The notes under the pieces: model-generated
The model's database searches: none
Told to the model about the DNA's origin: nothing
Seen by the model: only the letters and a program-made list of their open reading frames with translations
Part shown: positions 1 through 6,876 of the stretch, piece after piece
Layout: each line of letters begins with the position of its first letter
Position numbering within the stretch: the stretch's first letter is position 1
Position numbers and translations under genes: made by a program
Virus record (IMG/VR): IMGVR_UViG_3300042347_000757
Span: 1 to 45,926 of that record
DNA: 45,926 nt
Source of the DNA: a virus
Taxonomy: Duplodnaviria; Caudoviricetes
Reading direction: 5' to 3' (one strand)

Positions 1-1
1 A

Positions 2-376
2 TGTAAGCATCTTTCCTCACTTGGTATCAAAACAAATGTAACTCTTGTGTTCTCGGTAGCACAGGCAATACTTGCATCAAAGGCAGGAGCAACTTATATT
101 TCTCCGTTCGTGGGTCGTTGGATGGATAATTCTGTAGATGGTATTGAACTCATCAAGAATATCCGTGAAGTTTTTAACCAAACATATACAAGCACTCAAA
201 TTCTTGCAGCATCTCTTCGTGATGTAAGGCAAGTAGAACAGTGTGCAAAATATGGGGCAGATGTTGTTACAATTCCTCCAGTTGTATTCTGGGCGATGTA
301 TAAGAACATTATGACAGATAAGGGGCTTGAGTTATTCCAGAAGGACTGGGAGGAAGTTCTGAAAGGAAAAGAATGA
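2..376 (+). CDS. talC: Transaldolase TalC (5' partial), cyanophage auxiliary metabolic gene
   Basis: Frame is open from position 2: GIKTNVTLVFSVAQAILASKAGATYISPFVGR...ILAASLR...GADVVTIPP, the TalC/FSA family motifs. Confidence 0.95.
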   Translation, partial: CKHLSSLGIKTNVTLVFSVAQAILASKAGATYISPFVGRWMDNSVDGIELIKNIREVFNQTYTSTQILAASLRDVRQVEQCAKYGADVVTIPPVVFWAMYKNIMTDKGLELFQKDWEEVLKGKE

Positions 377-579
377 AACGCGAAGATCAGTGCTGGAATT
401 TCATAATGTCCTCATTTGCGAGAACTTATGGAGTTGAAAGAACTATATCGGAACAAAAATTTCATGAAATTGCATTAGAATGGTGTGATGATCATAACTA
501 CACTTGTGATGTTCATCTGGATGACTTAAATAAAGTTGATTTGTATTTTAGAAATATTTACGAAACTTGGGAGGGTTAG
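373..579 (+). CDS. Hypothetical protein
   Basis: 68-aa ORF, ATGA overlap with the talC stop, AAGGA upstream. Confidence 0.75.
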   Translation: MKREDQCWNFIMSSFARTYGVERTISEQKFHEIALEWCDDHNYTCDVHLDDLNKVDLYFRNIYETWEG

Positions 580-705
580 GTGATTAATTCAGAAACTCCT
601 TATAAACTTGCGGAGATTATTAGAGACACTTGGCCTGGTCTTTACAGGAAACCCCAAGTGTCCTATAATAATCAAAAGACTTCTAAAAATGAAAAAGTAC
701 AATAG
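580..705 (+). CDS. Small hypothetical protein, 41 aa (not in ORF track)
   Basis: GTG directly after the previous stop, GGAGG SD upstream; MINSETPYKLAEIIRDTWPGLYRKPQVSYNNQKTSKNEKVQ. Confidence 0.65.
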   Translation: MINSETPYKLAEIIRDTWPGLYRKPQVSYNNQKTSKNEKVQ

Positions 706-1003
706 TGAAGATTATTTTTCTGTAATTGAAATTAAAACTGGAAGAAAGATTGCTGATTGTGGTGAAGAAGTAGATGCTCTTGCGATGGTTTCTTTTGATC
801 CTCAAAATAGGACAATCACAAGAAATAAATTTATGATGGGTCCAGTAGTTGATATTGAAATTCCAAAACAACTTCCTACTACTGGAATTCAAATTGATTC
901 TACTCCTTATAAAGAACATCAAGAAAATTGGATGGTTGAAAAAATTAATCAACTACCACAAATCAAACTACCAGAAAGTCAGGCAGAACCAGTAATAATA
1001 TGA
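689..1003 (+). CDS. Hypothetical protein
   Basis: ORF 608..1003; ATG at 689 preferred because 580..705 occupies the upstream part. Confidence 0.7.
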   Translation: MKKYNSEDYFSVIEIKTGRKIADCGEEVDALAMVSFDPQNRTITRNKFMMGPVVDIEIPKQLPTTGIQIDSTPYKEHQENWMVEKINQLPQIKLPESQAEPVII

Positions 1004-1023
1004 GGAAATTATAAGAACAAAGA

Positions 1024-1030
1024 ATAAATA
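1024..1030 (+). promoter_or_regulatory. T4-type late promoter (ATAAATA)
   Basis: ATAAATA in the intergenic gap about 20 nt before the HNH ATG; gp33 is encoded in the window. Confidence 0.55.
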
Positions 1031-1050
1031 ATTATAAGTTGCAAATACTT

Positions 1051-1422
1051 ATGATTCCTCTACACTCGTTTAAGGACTATCTGTTTAATCTAGAAACGAC
1101 AAGTAAAGCAGAAGCAAAACGAATGTGGAGGAGAAATATAAAAGAACAATGGGAACACAAATGTGCCTATTGTGAGTCGGAAGAAAATATAACACTAGAT
1201 CATATCATTCCACAATGTAAAGGTGGACTTGATATTAAAACGAATGTGGTATCTTGCTGTAAATCTTGTAATCAATCCAAGGGTCATACTCCTTGGGAGC
1301 AATGGTATTATAATCAAGATTTCTTTTCTCAAGAAAACTATAATAAGATTAAGAATTGGATAAAACCAGAACCTCCAACAAATCTTCATTCATATCGCCC
1401 AAGAAAAAATATTGCATATTGA
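1051..1422 (+). CDS. HNH endonuclease
   Basis: CAYC...TLDHIIPQCKGG...NVVSCCKSCNQSKG, a Zn-binding HNH signature. Confidence 0.9.
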   Translation: MIPLHSFKDYLFNLETTSKAEAKRMWRRNIKEQWEHKCAYCESEENITLDHIIPQCKGGLDIKTNVVSCCKSCNQSKGHTPWEQWYYNQDFFSQENYNKIKNWIKPEPPTNLHSYRPRKNIAY

Positions 1423-1428
1423 TATAAA

Positions 1429-1435
1429 ATAAATA
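1429..1435 (+). promoter_or_regulatory. T4-type late promoter (ATAAATA)
   Basis: Intergenic ATAAATA 21 nt upstream of speD. Confidence 0.5.
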
Positions 1436-1456
1436 GACAAGCGTAAATGAATTGAA

Positions 1457-1810
1457 ATGACAGCACAAGAAATATTAGGATCACATTACATATTGGATTT
1501 ATGTTCTTGTGATAATTATCTTCTGAATGATGTGGAACATATTATGATGTCATTGCGTGAAGCAATTGTTCAATCGAATGCAACTTTATTGAATGAGCTT
1601 AAATATGAATTTACTCCTCAAGGAGTTACCGCAATATGCTTATTGTCGGAAAGTCACATAAGTATTCATACTTGGCCAGAAAAAGAATATGCAGCAGTAG
1701 ATATTTTTACTTGTGGACAACACACCAATCCAGATAAAGCTTGTGATTTTATGATAAATGCATTAAAATCAAAAAAACCAACTATGACTATAATTGAACG
1801 AGGAATATAA
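1457..1810 (+). CDS. speD: S-adenosylmethionine decarboxylase proenzyme (pyruvoyl-dependent)
   Basis: FTPQGVT...LLSESHISIHTWPE...AAVDIFTCG with the ESH self-cleavage site. Confidence 0.93.
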   Translation: MTAQEILGSHYILDLCSCDNYLLNDVEHIMMSLREAIVQSNATLLNELKYEFTPQGVTAICLLSESHISIHTWPEKEYAAVDIFTCGQHTNPDKACDFMINALKSKKPTMTIIERGI

Positions 1811-1855
1811 TTTCTGTTAATTGTATAAGTAGTTTCGACTATCATTAAAAAAATT

Positions 1856-2104
1856 ATGAATTTTACTGTTTATTCAAAACAAGGTTGTCCATATTGCGAT
1901 AAAGTGATTTCAATACTTAATCATCTTTCGGGAACTAAAGGTTGTCCGATTAAAGTTTATTCTCTTGGATCTGATTTTACTAGAGAACAATTTTATAGTG
2001 AATTTGGTGAAGGATCTACGTTTCCTCAAGTTATTATGAATCAAATTAAATTAGGAGGGTGTAGTGACACAGTTAAATATCTCACGGAAAACAAAATCAT
2101 TTGA
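1856..2104 (+). CDS. nrdC: Glutaredoxin (NrdC-like)
   Basis: CPYC active site, TFPQV cis-Pro motif, LGG. Confidence 0.9.
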   Translation: MNFTVYSKQGCPYCDKVISILNHLSGTKGCPIKVYSLGSDFTREQFYSEFGEGSTFPQVIMNQIKLGGCSDTVKYLTENKII

Positions 2105-2273
2105 TATTCCAATAAATAGAGGAGTAGAGTTAATATTGGGGGAGAAATCAAAACCCAAAAAGCCAAATCCTTTTTTATTCAAATTTGGCAAAATGTTTTC
2201 TCTATTTCAAAAAGAGATTCATTTTGAATTTGAGTTTTCAGTTTATATAAAAAAAAGATCTCTCGGAGAATAA
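2064..2273 (+). CDS. Hypothetical protein (start uncertain)
   Basis: 69-aa ORF filling the gap between glutaredoxin and the next gene. Confidence 0.55.
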   Translation: MTQLNISRKTKSFDIPINRGVELILGEKSKPKKPNPFLFKFGKMFSLFQKEIHFEFEFSVYIKKRSLGE

Positions 2274-2275
2274 AT

Positions 2276-2518
2276 ATGGAACCCGCAATATTAACTATTT
2301 TTTGCTTAATAAGTTTTTTATTTTTTGTTTTTGGTGGAGTTATAGGTTGGTTCTTAAACAATATTACTCATGCTTTTCTAAATAAAGGAAACCATATAAT
2401 TATGCATCCAGAAATGCTTGATGAAAATGGTAATATTTTACCAGATGAAATACTTGCAATTAGATTTGAAAACGATTATGACGATAGCAACAACGACGAA
2501 GAAGAAGAAGACAACTGA
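2276..2518 (+). CDS. Small membrane protein, cyanophage hypothetical
   Basis: N-terminal hydrophobic helix, HPEMLDENGN motif, acidic tail, GGAG SD. Confidence 0.75.
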   Translation: MEPAILTIFCLISFLFFVFGGVIGWFLNNITHAFLNKGNHIIMHPEMLDENGNILPDEILAIRFENDYDDSNNDEEEEDN

Positions 2519-3071
2519 TTCTTCTGTAAATATAGAACTTCCTTCTAATCCCTTTGCATTTGAAATCTTTGATCTTGTAAATAAACAAAGATCAAATTCA
2601 AAGAAAGTGGAAATTCTACAAAAATATGAACATCCATCATTGAAAGCATTGTTCATATGGAATTTCGATGAAACAGTAATTACTGTTCTTCCTCCTGGAG
2701 AAGTTCCATACTCTAATTTAAAATCAGAACAAAAATTTAGTGGAACTTTAACTAATAAAGTTGATAATTTCATTGACGCTATGAACAATAGTGCAACTAC
2801 TTCTCTTGGAAATGCATCAGACTTAACTCAAGACCATACTACAATTCGTAAAGAATATGTAAGATTTTATAATTTCATTAAAGGTGGAAATGATTCTTTG
2901 GCATCTCTTCGCAGAGAAACAATGTTTATTCAAATGCTAGAAGGTTTACATCCACTTGAAGCAGAAATTGTTTGTCTTGTGAAGAATAAAGAACTTCAGA
3001 AAAAATATAAAATTACAAAAGAAATTGTTTCCGAAGCATACTCAGATATTATTTGGGGAAACCGCAGTTGA
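2478..3071 (+). CDS. Conserved T4-like phage hypothetical protein
   Basis: LPPGEVPY...RRETMFIQMLEGLHPLEAE; ATG at 2478 is the likely start. Confidence 0.8.
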   Translation: MTIATTTKKKKTTDSSVNIELPSNPFAFEIFDLVNKQRSNSKKVEILQKYEHPSLKALFIWNFDETVITVLPPGEVPYSNLKSEQKFSGTLTNKVDNFIDAMNNSATTSLGNASDLTQDHTTIRKEYVRFYNFIKGGNDSLASLRRETMFIQMLEGLHPLEAEIVCLVKNKELQKKYKITKEIVSEAYSDIIWGNRS

Positions 3072-3080
3072 GGAGTTTAA

Positions 3081-3344
3081 ATGTTATTAAAAATTATTCA
3101 TGAAAAGTGTGATAAGATATTATCAAATGATAAAAATCTTCCATTAAATTCATATTTGGTTACTTATATTATAGAAAGTAAAACTTATTATGATATTGTA
3201 CAATCAAATAGTAAAGTTCATATATTTGATTCATATTATGATCAATACGGAAAAGGGTCCATTCAATCAATTGAATGGACAAGTGGAAGGGTGAATCCAA
3301 AATTTTATGGGCAAACTAAACCGGAAAGGAAAAGTAAAAAATGA
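3081..3344 (+). CDS. Hypothetical protein
   Basis: 87-aa ORF with GAGGAG SD. Confidence 0.75.
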   Translation: MLLKIIHEKCDKILSNDKNLPLNSYLVTYIIESKTYYDIVQSNSKVHIFDSYYDQYGKGSIQSIEWTSGRVNPKFYGQTKPERKSKK

Positions 3345-3532
3345 ATGATAAAATCGTTGCAAATATTGACCCAGAAGAATTTACAAAGATTAAGAAGAAA
3401 TATAAAAAACTAAAAAAGTATATGAAATCTCCACTTTATCAAGTTAAAGTGATGGATGGAACTGAAAATATAATTAGTGAATTATTAAAAGAACCTGAAA
3501 TTGCATCAAAGGATACAAAATTAGTTGACTAA
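3341..3532 (+). CDS. Hypothetical protein
   Basis: 63-aa ORF, ATGA overlap with the previous gene. Confidence 0.65.
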   Translation: MNDKIVANIDPEEFTKIKKKYKKLKKYMKSPLYQVKVMDGTENIISELLKEPEIASKDTKLVD

Positions 3533-3553
3533 ATATCTCCAATGAGGTAGTAT
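3525..3553 (+). promoter_or_regulatory. Sigma70-type promoter for the riboswitch operon
   Basis: TTGACT-17 nt-TAGTAT; predicted start at about 3560, the first bases of the aptamer. Confidence 0.7.
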
Positions 3554-3560
3554 ACCTCTA

Positions 3561-3655
3561 CGTTCATCCCATATGGGACGGAAGTAAGTTGACTCGGAAC
3601 GGTACGTTCATTCGCTATTTCCGAATAGCGAACGCAAAAGCCGACTGAAGGAACG
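3561..3655 (+). ncRNA. Tandem glnA-motif (glutamine-I) riboswitch, two aptamers at 3561-3601 and 3605-3655
   Basis: Both units run CGTTCA...GGAACG (P1). P2 hairpins are TCCC-ATAT-GGGA and TTCGCTATT-TCCG-AATAGCGAA, followed by CGGAAGTAAG / CGCAAAAGCCGACTGAAGGAACG. A DUF4278-like ORF follows. Confidence 0.85.
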
Positions 3656-3688
3656 CTCTTTAACCTAAACCATTAAGGAGAAAACCTA

Positions 3689-3826
3689 ATGTCTAAAGTC
3701 GTATATCGTGGTGTTGAATATGATACTCAAAAGCGTATTGAATACCAACAGCAAATGATGCAGCAACCTCAACAATACAACGAAACCTATCGTGGTGTTA
3801 AGTATGTGAAGGAGGGACACAAATGA
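3689..3826 (+). CDS. DUF4278-like small protein, 45 aa (not in ORF track)
   Basis: AAGGAG SD at 3675-3680; MSKVVYRGVEYDTQKRIEYQQQMMQQPQQYNETYRGVKYVKEGHK with two YRGVxY motifs. Confidence 0.85.
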   Translation: MSKVVYRGVEYDTQKRIEYQQQMMQQPQQYNETYRGVKYVKEGHK

Positions 3827-3924
3827 ACACTTATTTTGTTCGCTATCTCAAAAGAAAAGCAAAGAAGGAAAAACTTCTTCAAGTAGCACAACTGAATATG
3901 GCAAAGAAATCACAAGTTGCCTGA
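3823..3924 (+). CDS. Small basic protein, 33 aa (not in ORF track)
   Basis: ATGA overlap, AAGGAGG SD; MNTYFVRYLKRKAKKEKLLQVAQLNMAKKSQVA; terminator directly after. Confidence 0.75.
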   Translation: MNTYFVRYLKRKAKKEKLLQVAQLNMAKKSQVA

Positions 3925-3928
3925 AACT

Positions 3929-3955
3929 GGGAGGATTGACATCCTCCCTTTTTTT
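3929..3955 (+). terminator. Rho-independent terminator
   Basis: GGGAGGAT-TGAC-ATCCTCCC followed by T7. Confidence 0.85.
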
Positions 3956-3964
3956 GTGTAAAAT
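3936..3964 (+). promoter_or_regulatory. Sigma70-type promoter overlapping the terminator
   Basis: TTGACA(3936-3941)-17 nt-TAAAAT(3959-3964). Confidence 0.7.
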
Positions 3965-3986
3965 ATTAAAAGAGAATACTAATTTA

Positions 3987-4142
3987 ATGGACAAAGAAAA
4001 ATTAAAACTTATTGTTCGTAATATGGAATTATTAATAGATTCACTTAAAGCAGAAATTTATTCTGATCCAAAACAAAAAAATACTAAAAGTATTGGACCA
4101 TTGCAATTAGATTACGAAGAAGTATTTGAAGACTACGATTGA
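3987..4142 (+). CDS. Cyanophage hypothetical protein
   Basis: MDKEKLKLIVRNMELLIDSLKAEIYSD; ATG at 3987 lies downstream of the promoter. Confidence 0.75.
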   Translation: MDKEKLKLIVRNMELLIDSLKAEIYSDPKQKNTKSIGPLQLDYEEVFEDYD

Positions 4143-4147
4143 AAACT

Positions 4148-4900
4148 ATGAAACCAGTAAAAGCAAAAGACCTTCTTGAACTAGATAAAAGACTTGAAGT
4201 AGTAAAACTTCAAGGATATCCAATTCCAGAGCAGGTAATTTACCAAGCAGGAAAATGTGACTATTCAGAAATTCCTATTCATTATCAAGAAATTCCTACA
4301 CCGCAGAAGTGTGGTGAATGGATCGTAGAGCAACTTCTAAGCAACGAACGAGGGCACTGGGGACCTGTAGAACATCCCGGTATTACTTTCTCGGTGTCTG
4401 GGTATGTTCACAACGTTATGGTGCAAGCAAGAACTCACAGGGTAGGTGTGACATTTGATGTTCAATCTCAACGATACACTGGTAAGAGAGTTGTGAAGGT
4501 GGCACAAGGAGAACTAAAACCTGATGAAGTTTTCTATTCTCGTCCTCCTGGTTTCTATACCAATCGTAAGGGTAAGAAGTATGAATGGACTCAAGAAGAT
4601 TATGATGATGAGATGAAATGGTATGTAGAAGGATGTAAGCGTTATGCTGTGAAGTATGAAAAGGGAATGTGTGAAGAACATATTCGTGATGGTCTAGCAC
4701 AAGGAATTCGTCAGAACTTTGTAGTTTCTTGCAATCTTCGTTCTATTCTTCATATTCTTGATCTTCGTGCTAAGTTGGATGCTCAACTTGAAATTCAGGC
4801 ATTATGTGAACAAGTTGCTCCAGAAATTCAAAAGTGGGCACCAAATGTTTGGGGTTATTATGAAGAGAAGCGTCTTCATAAAGCACGGTTGAGTCCATAG
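4148..4900 (+). CDS. thyX: FAD-dependent thymidylate synthase ThyX
   Basis: GHWGPVEH, QARTHRVGVTFDVQSQRY (ThyX motif variant), NLRS..H..DLR...AQLEI. Confidence 0.93.
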   Translation: MKPVKAKDLLELDKRLEVVKLQGYPIPEQVIYQAGKCDYSEIPIHYQEIPTPQKCGEWIVEQLLSNERGHWGPVEHPGITFSVSGYVHNVMVQARTHRVGVTFDVQSQRYTGKRVVKVAQGELKPDEVFYSRPPGFYTNRKGKKYEWTQEDYDDEMKWYVEGCKRYAVKYEKGMCEEHIRDGLAQGIRQNFVVSCNLRSILHILDLRAKLDAQLEIQALCEQVAPEIQKWAPNVWGYYEEKRLHKARLSP

Positions 4901-4901
4901 A

Positions 4902-4908
4902 ATAAATA
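4902..4908 (+). promoter_or_regulatory. T4-type late promoter (ATAAATA)
   Basis: ATAAATA right after the thyX stop. Confidence 0.5.
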
Positions 4909-4941
4909 TTTTTATATTGATAAAGGATGGAGATTAGTTTA

Positions 4942-5184
4942 ATGGCAATATATCCAGTTTATAATCCGGAAACGGGTGAAAAAAAGGTTATTGAAATGAG
5001 TGTTCATGATATTATGAATTGGTATGAAAATAATAAACCTTGGACCCGTGATTGGTCACAAGGATCTGCAAGTCCCGGAGAAATTGGGGAATGGAAAGAT
5101 AAACTCATCAGCCGTAATCCTGGATGGAATGATGTATTGGGTCGTGCCCAAAAAATGCCTGGGTCAACAGTAAAAAAAATCTAA
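4942..5184 (+). CDS. Conserved cyanophage protein upstream of phoH
   Basis: MAIYPVYNPETGEKK...PGWNDVL...PGSTVK; GGAG SD before ATG 4942. Confidence 0.8.
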   Translation: MAIYPVYNPETGEKKVIEMSVHDIMNWYENNKPWTRDWSQGSASPGEIGEWKDKLISRNPGWNDVLGRAQKMPGSTVKKI

Positions 5185-5193
5185 CAAAACATA

Positions 5194-5952
5194 ATGGCAA
5201 GACAAAGAAAAAGAAGTGGCGACCAACCAATTGGAATTGGTATGACTGCAAAACAAGCAAAAAGAAAAAAACCAATCAATGCCGATTTGCTAATAGATAT
5301 TGAACCTCTTACTGAGAATCAAAAAAAACTTTTTGATTCTTATAGCGAAGGAAAACATTTAGTTGCTTATGGTGCTGCAGGAACAGGAAAAACTTTCATT
5401 AGTCTTTATAATGCCTTAAAGGATGTTTTAAATCCTATTACTCCTTATGAACAAATTTATATTGTTCGTTCTCTTGTAGCAACTCGTGAAATTGGATTTC
5501 TTCCTGGAGATCACGAAGACAAATCTTCACTTTATCAAATTCCTTATAAGAATATGGTAAAGTATATGTTCCAGATGCCAAGTGATGCAGACTTTGAAAT
5601 GCTTTATGCTGGATTAAAAGCACAAGAAACTGTTAAATTCTGGAGCACTTCATTCATTCGTGGAACAACTCTTGATAATTCAATTATTATTATTGACGAA
5701 TTTCAAAATCTTAATTTTCACGAATTGGATTCTATTATCACTCGTGTTGGTGAAAATAGTAGAATTGTTTTTTGTGGTGATGCTTCGCAGTCTGATTTAG
5801 TGAAAGCAAATGAAAGAAATGGAATTGTTGATTTTATGAGTATTTTGCGTAAAATGCCATCTTTTGATATTATTGAATTTGGTATTAATGATATTGTTCG
5901 TTCTGGACTTGTCAAAGAATACATTGTTGCTAAACTTGAACTTGGATTGTAA
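5194..5952 (+). CDS. phoH: PhoH family ATPase
   Basis: GAAGTGKT Walker A, IGFLPGD, FIRGTTL, IIDEFQN, FCGDASQSDL, DIVRSGLVK. Confidence 0.96.
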   Translation: MARQRKRSGDQPIGIGMTAKQAKRKKPINADLLIDIEPLTENQKKLFDSYSEGKHLVAYGAAGTGKTFISLYNALKDVLNPITPYEQIYIVRSLVATREIGFLPGDHEDKSSLYQIPYKNMVKYMFQMPSDADFEMLYAGLKAQETVKFWSTSFIRGTTLDNSIIIIDEFQNLNFHELDSIITRVGENSRIVFCGDASQSDLVKANERNGIVDFMSILRKMPSFDIIEFGINDIVRSGLVKEYIVAKLELGL

Positions 5953-6629
5953 TGTTTACTCATATTGATATTAATCTTCCTCAACTTGAAAGGGAGACCA
6001 TTGATGGAGTAAGATACTACAAAGTACCAGAAGGAGATGAGTTATTGAGACTTGTCTCTATTACTTCTGTGACTAGCCATAAAAATCGTCAGTTCTTTGC
6101 TGATTGGAGAAAGAAAGTTGGAGAAGAAAAAGCAAATAAAATTACAAAGCAAGCAACCAGTCGTGGGACTGATATGCACACACTTGCTGAAAATTATTTG
6201 AAGAATGAAGAGTTCTCTTCTGAAGTTCTTCCAATTTCTCAAATGTTATTTGGAATTACCAAACCTTATTTAAATAAGATAAATAATATTCATGCACTTG
6301 AAAATTCTTTATATAGTAAGGTGCTTGGAATTGCAGGAACTGTTGATTGTATTGCCGAATACAATGGTGAATTAGCAGTTATTGACTTCAAGACTTCAAA
6401 GAAACCAAAACCAAGAGATTGGATTGAGCATTATTTCGTTCAATGTGCTGCTTATGCTTGCATGTTATATGAGATGACTGGTATAATGGTAAAGAAGTTT
6501 GTAATCATAATGGCTTGTGAAAACGGAGAATGTGAAATTTATGAAGAATATGACAAAGGAAAGTACATCAAGTTACTCACCGAATATATTAGAGAATTTG
6601 TTAGAGATAAACTTCAGCAATATGAATGA
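5952..6629 (+). CDS. PD-(D/E)xK exonuclease of T4-like cyanophages
   Basis: SITSV, RGTDMH, AGTVDCIAEY...VIDFKTS, YFVQCAAYA. Confidence 0.88.
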   Translation: MFTHIDINLPQLERETIDGVRYYKVPEGDELLRLVSITSVTSHKNRQFFADWRKKVGEEKANKITKQATSRGTDMHTLAENYLKNEEFSSEVLPISQMLFGITKPYLNKINNIHALENSLYSKVLGIAGTVDCIAEYNGELAVIDFKTSKKPKPRDWIEHYFVQCAAYACMLYEMTGIMVKKFVIIMACENGECEIYEEYDKGKYIKLLTEYIREFVRDKLQQYE

Positions 6630-6876
6630 TAAAATAAAGGAAGAATTGGACAGCAAATTTATCTGTCCTCAAAAATTTGCACAAGAGATTGAACAAATTG
6701 TAAAAAATTGTAAAGTCAATTATATCGATGCGATCATTAGTTATTGTGAGGAAAATTCAATTGAAATTGAAAGTGTATCCAAATTAGTTTCCAAACCATT
6801 AAAGGAGAAACTTAAAAATGATGCAACTGAACTTAACTTTTTAAAGAAAACTACTAAAGCACGTTTGCCTCTGTGA
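6622..6876 (+). CDS. gp33: Late transcription coactivator gp33
   Basis: KFAQEIE...YIDAIISYCEENSIEIE...LKEKLK.DA.ELNFL; conserved gp33-gp59 order. Confidence 0.88.
   Translation: MNDKIKEELDSKFICPQKFAQEIEQIVKNCKVNYIDAIISYCEENSIEIESVSKLVSKPLKEKLKNDATELNFLKKTTKARLPL

Noticed and set aside
608-688. TTG-started N-terminal extension of ORF 608..1003
   Set aside because: Overlaps the better-supported 580..705 ORF; ATG 689 is more plausible
1051-1422. HNH gene as the homing nuclease for the tRNA intron
   Set aside because: 24 kb away with no sequence link; nothing in the window supports it
3936-3986. Track start of the 68-aa ORF at TTG 3936
   Set aside because: Lies inside the terminator and -35 box; ATG 3987 is downstream of the promoter
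4901-5193. Pho box upstream of phoH
   Set aside because: No convincing 11-nt-spaced direct repeats seen in this AT-rich stretch
6517-6621. N-terminal extension of gp33 in the ORF track
   Set aside because: Overlaps the exonuclease by over 100 nt; gp33 similarity starts after ATG 6622
5952-6629. Cas4-like nuclease suggesting a CRISPR system
   Set aside because: No repeat-spacer array or other cas genes seen; it sits in the standard phoH-exonuclease-gp33-gp59 block
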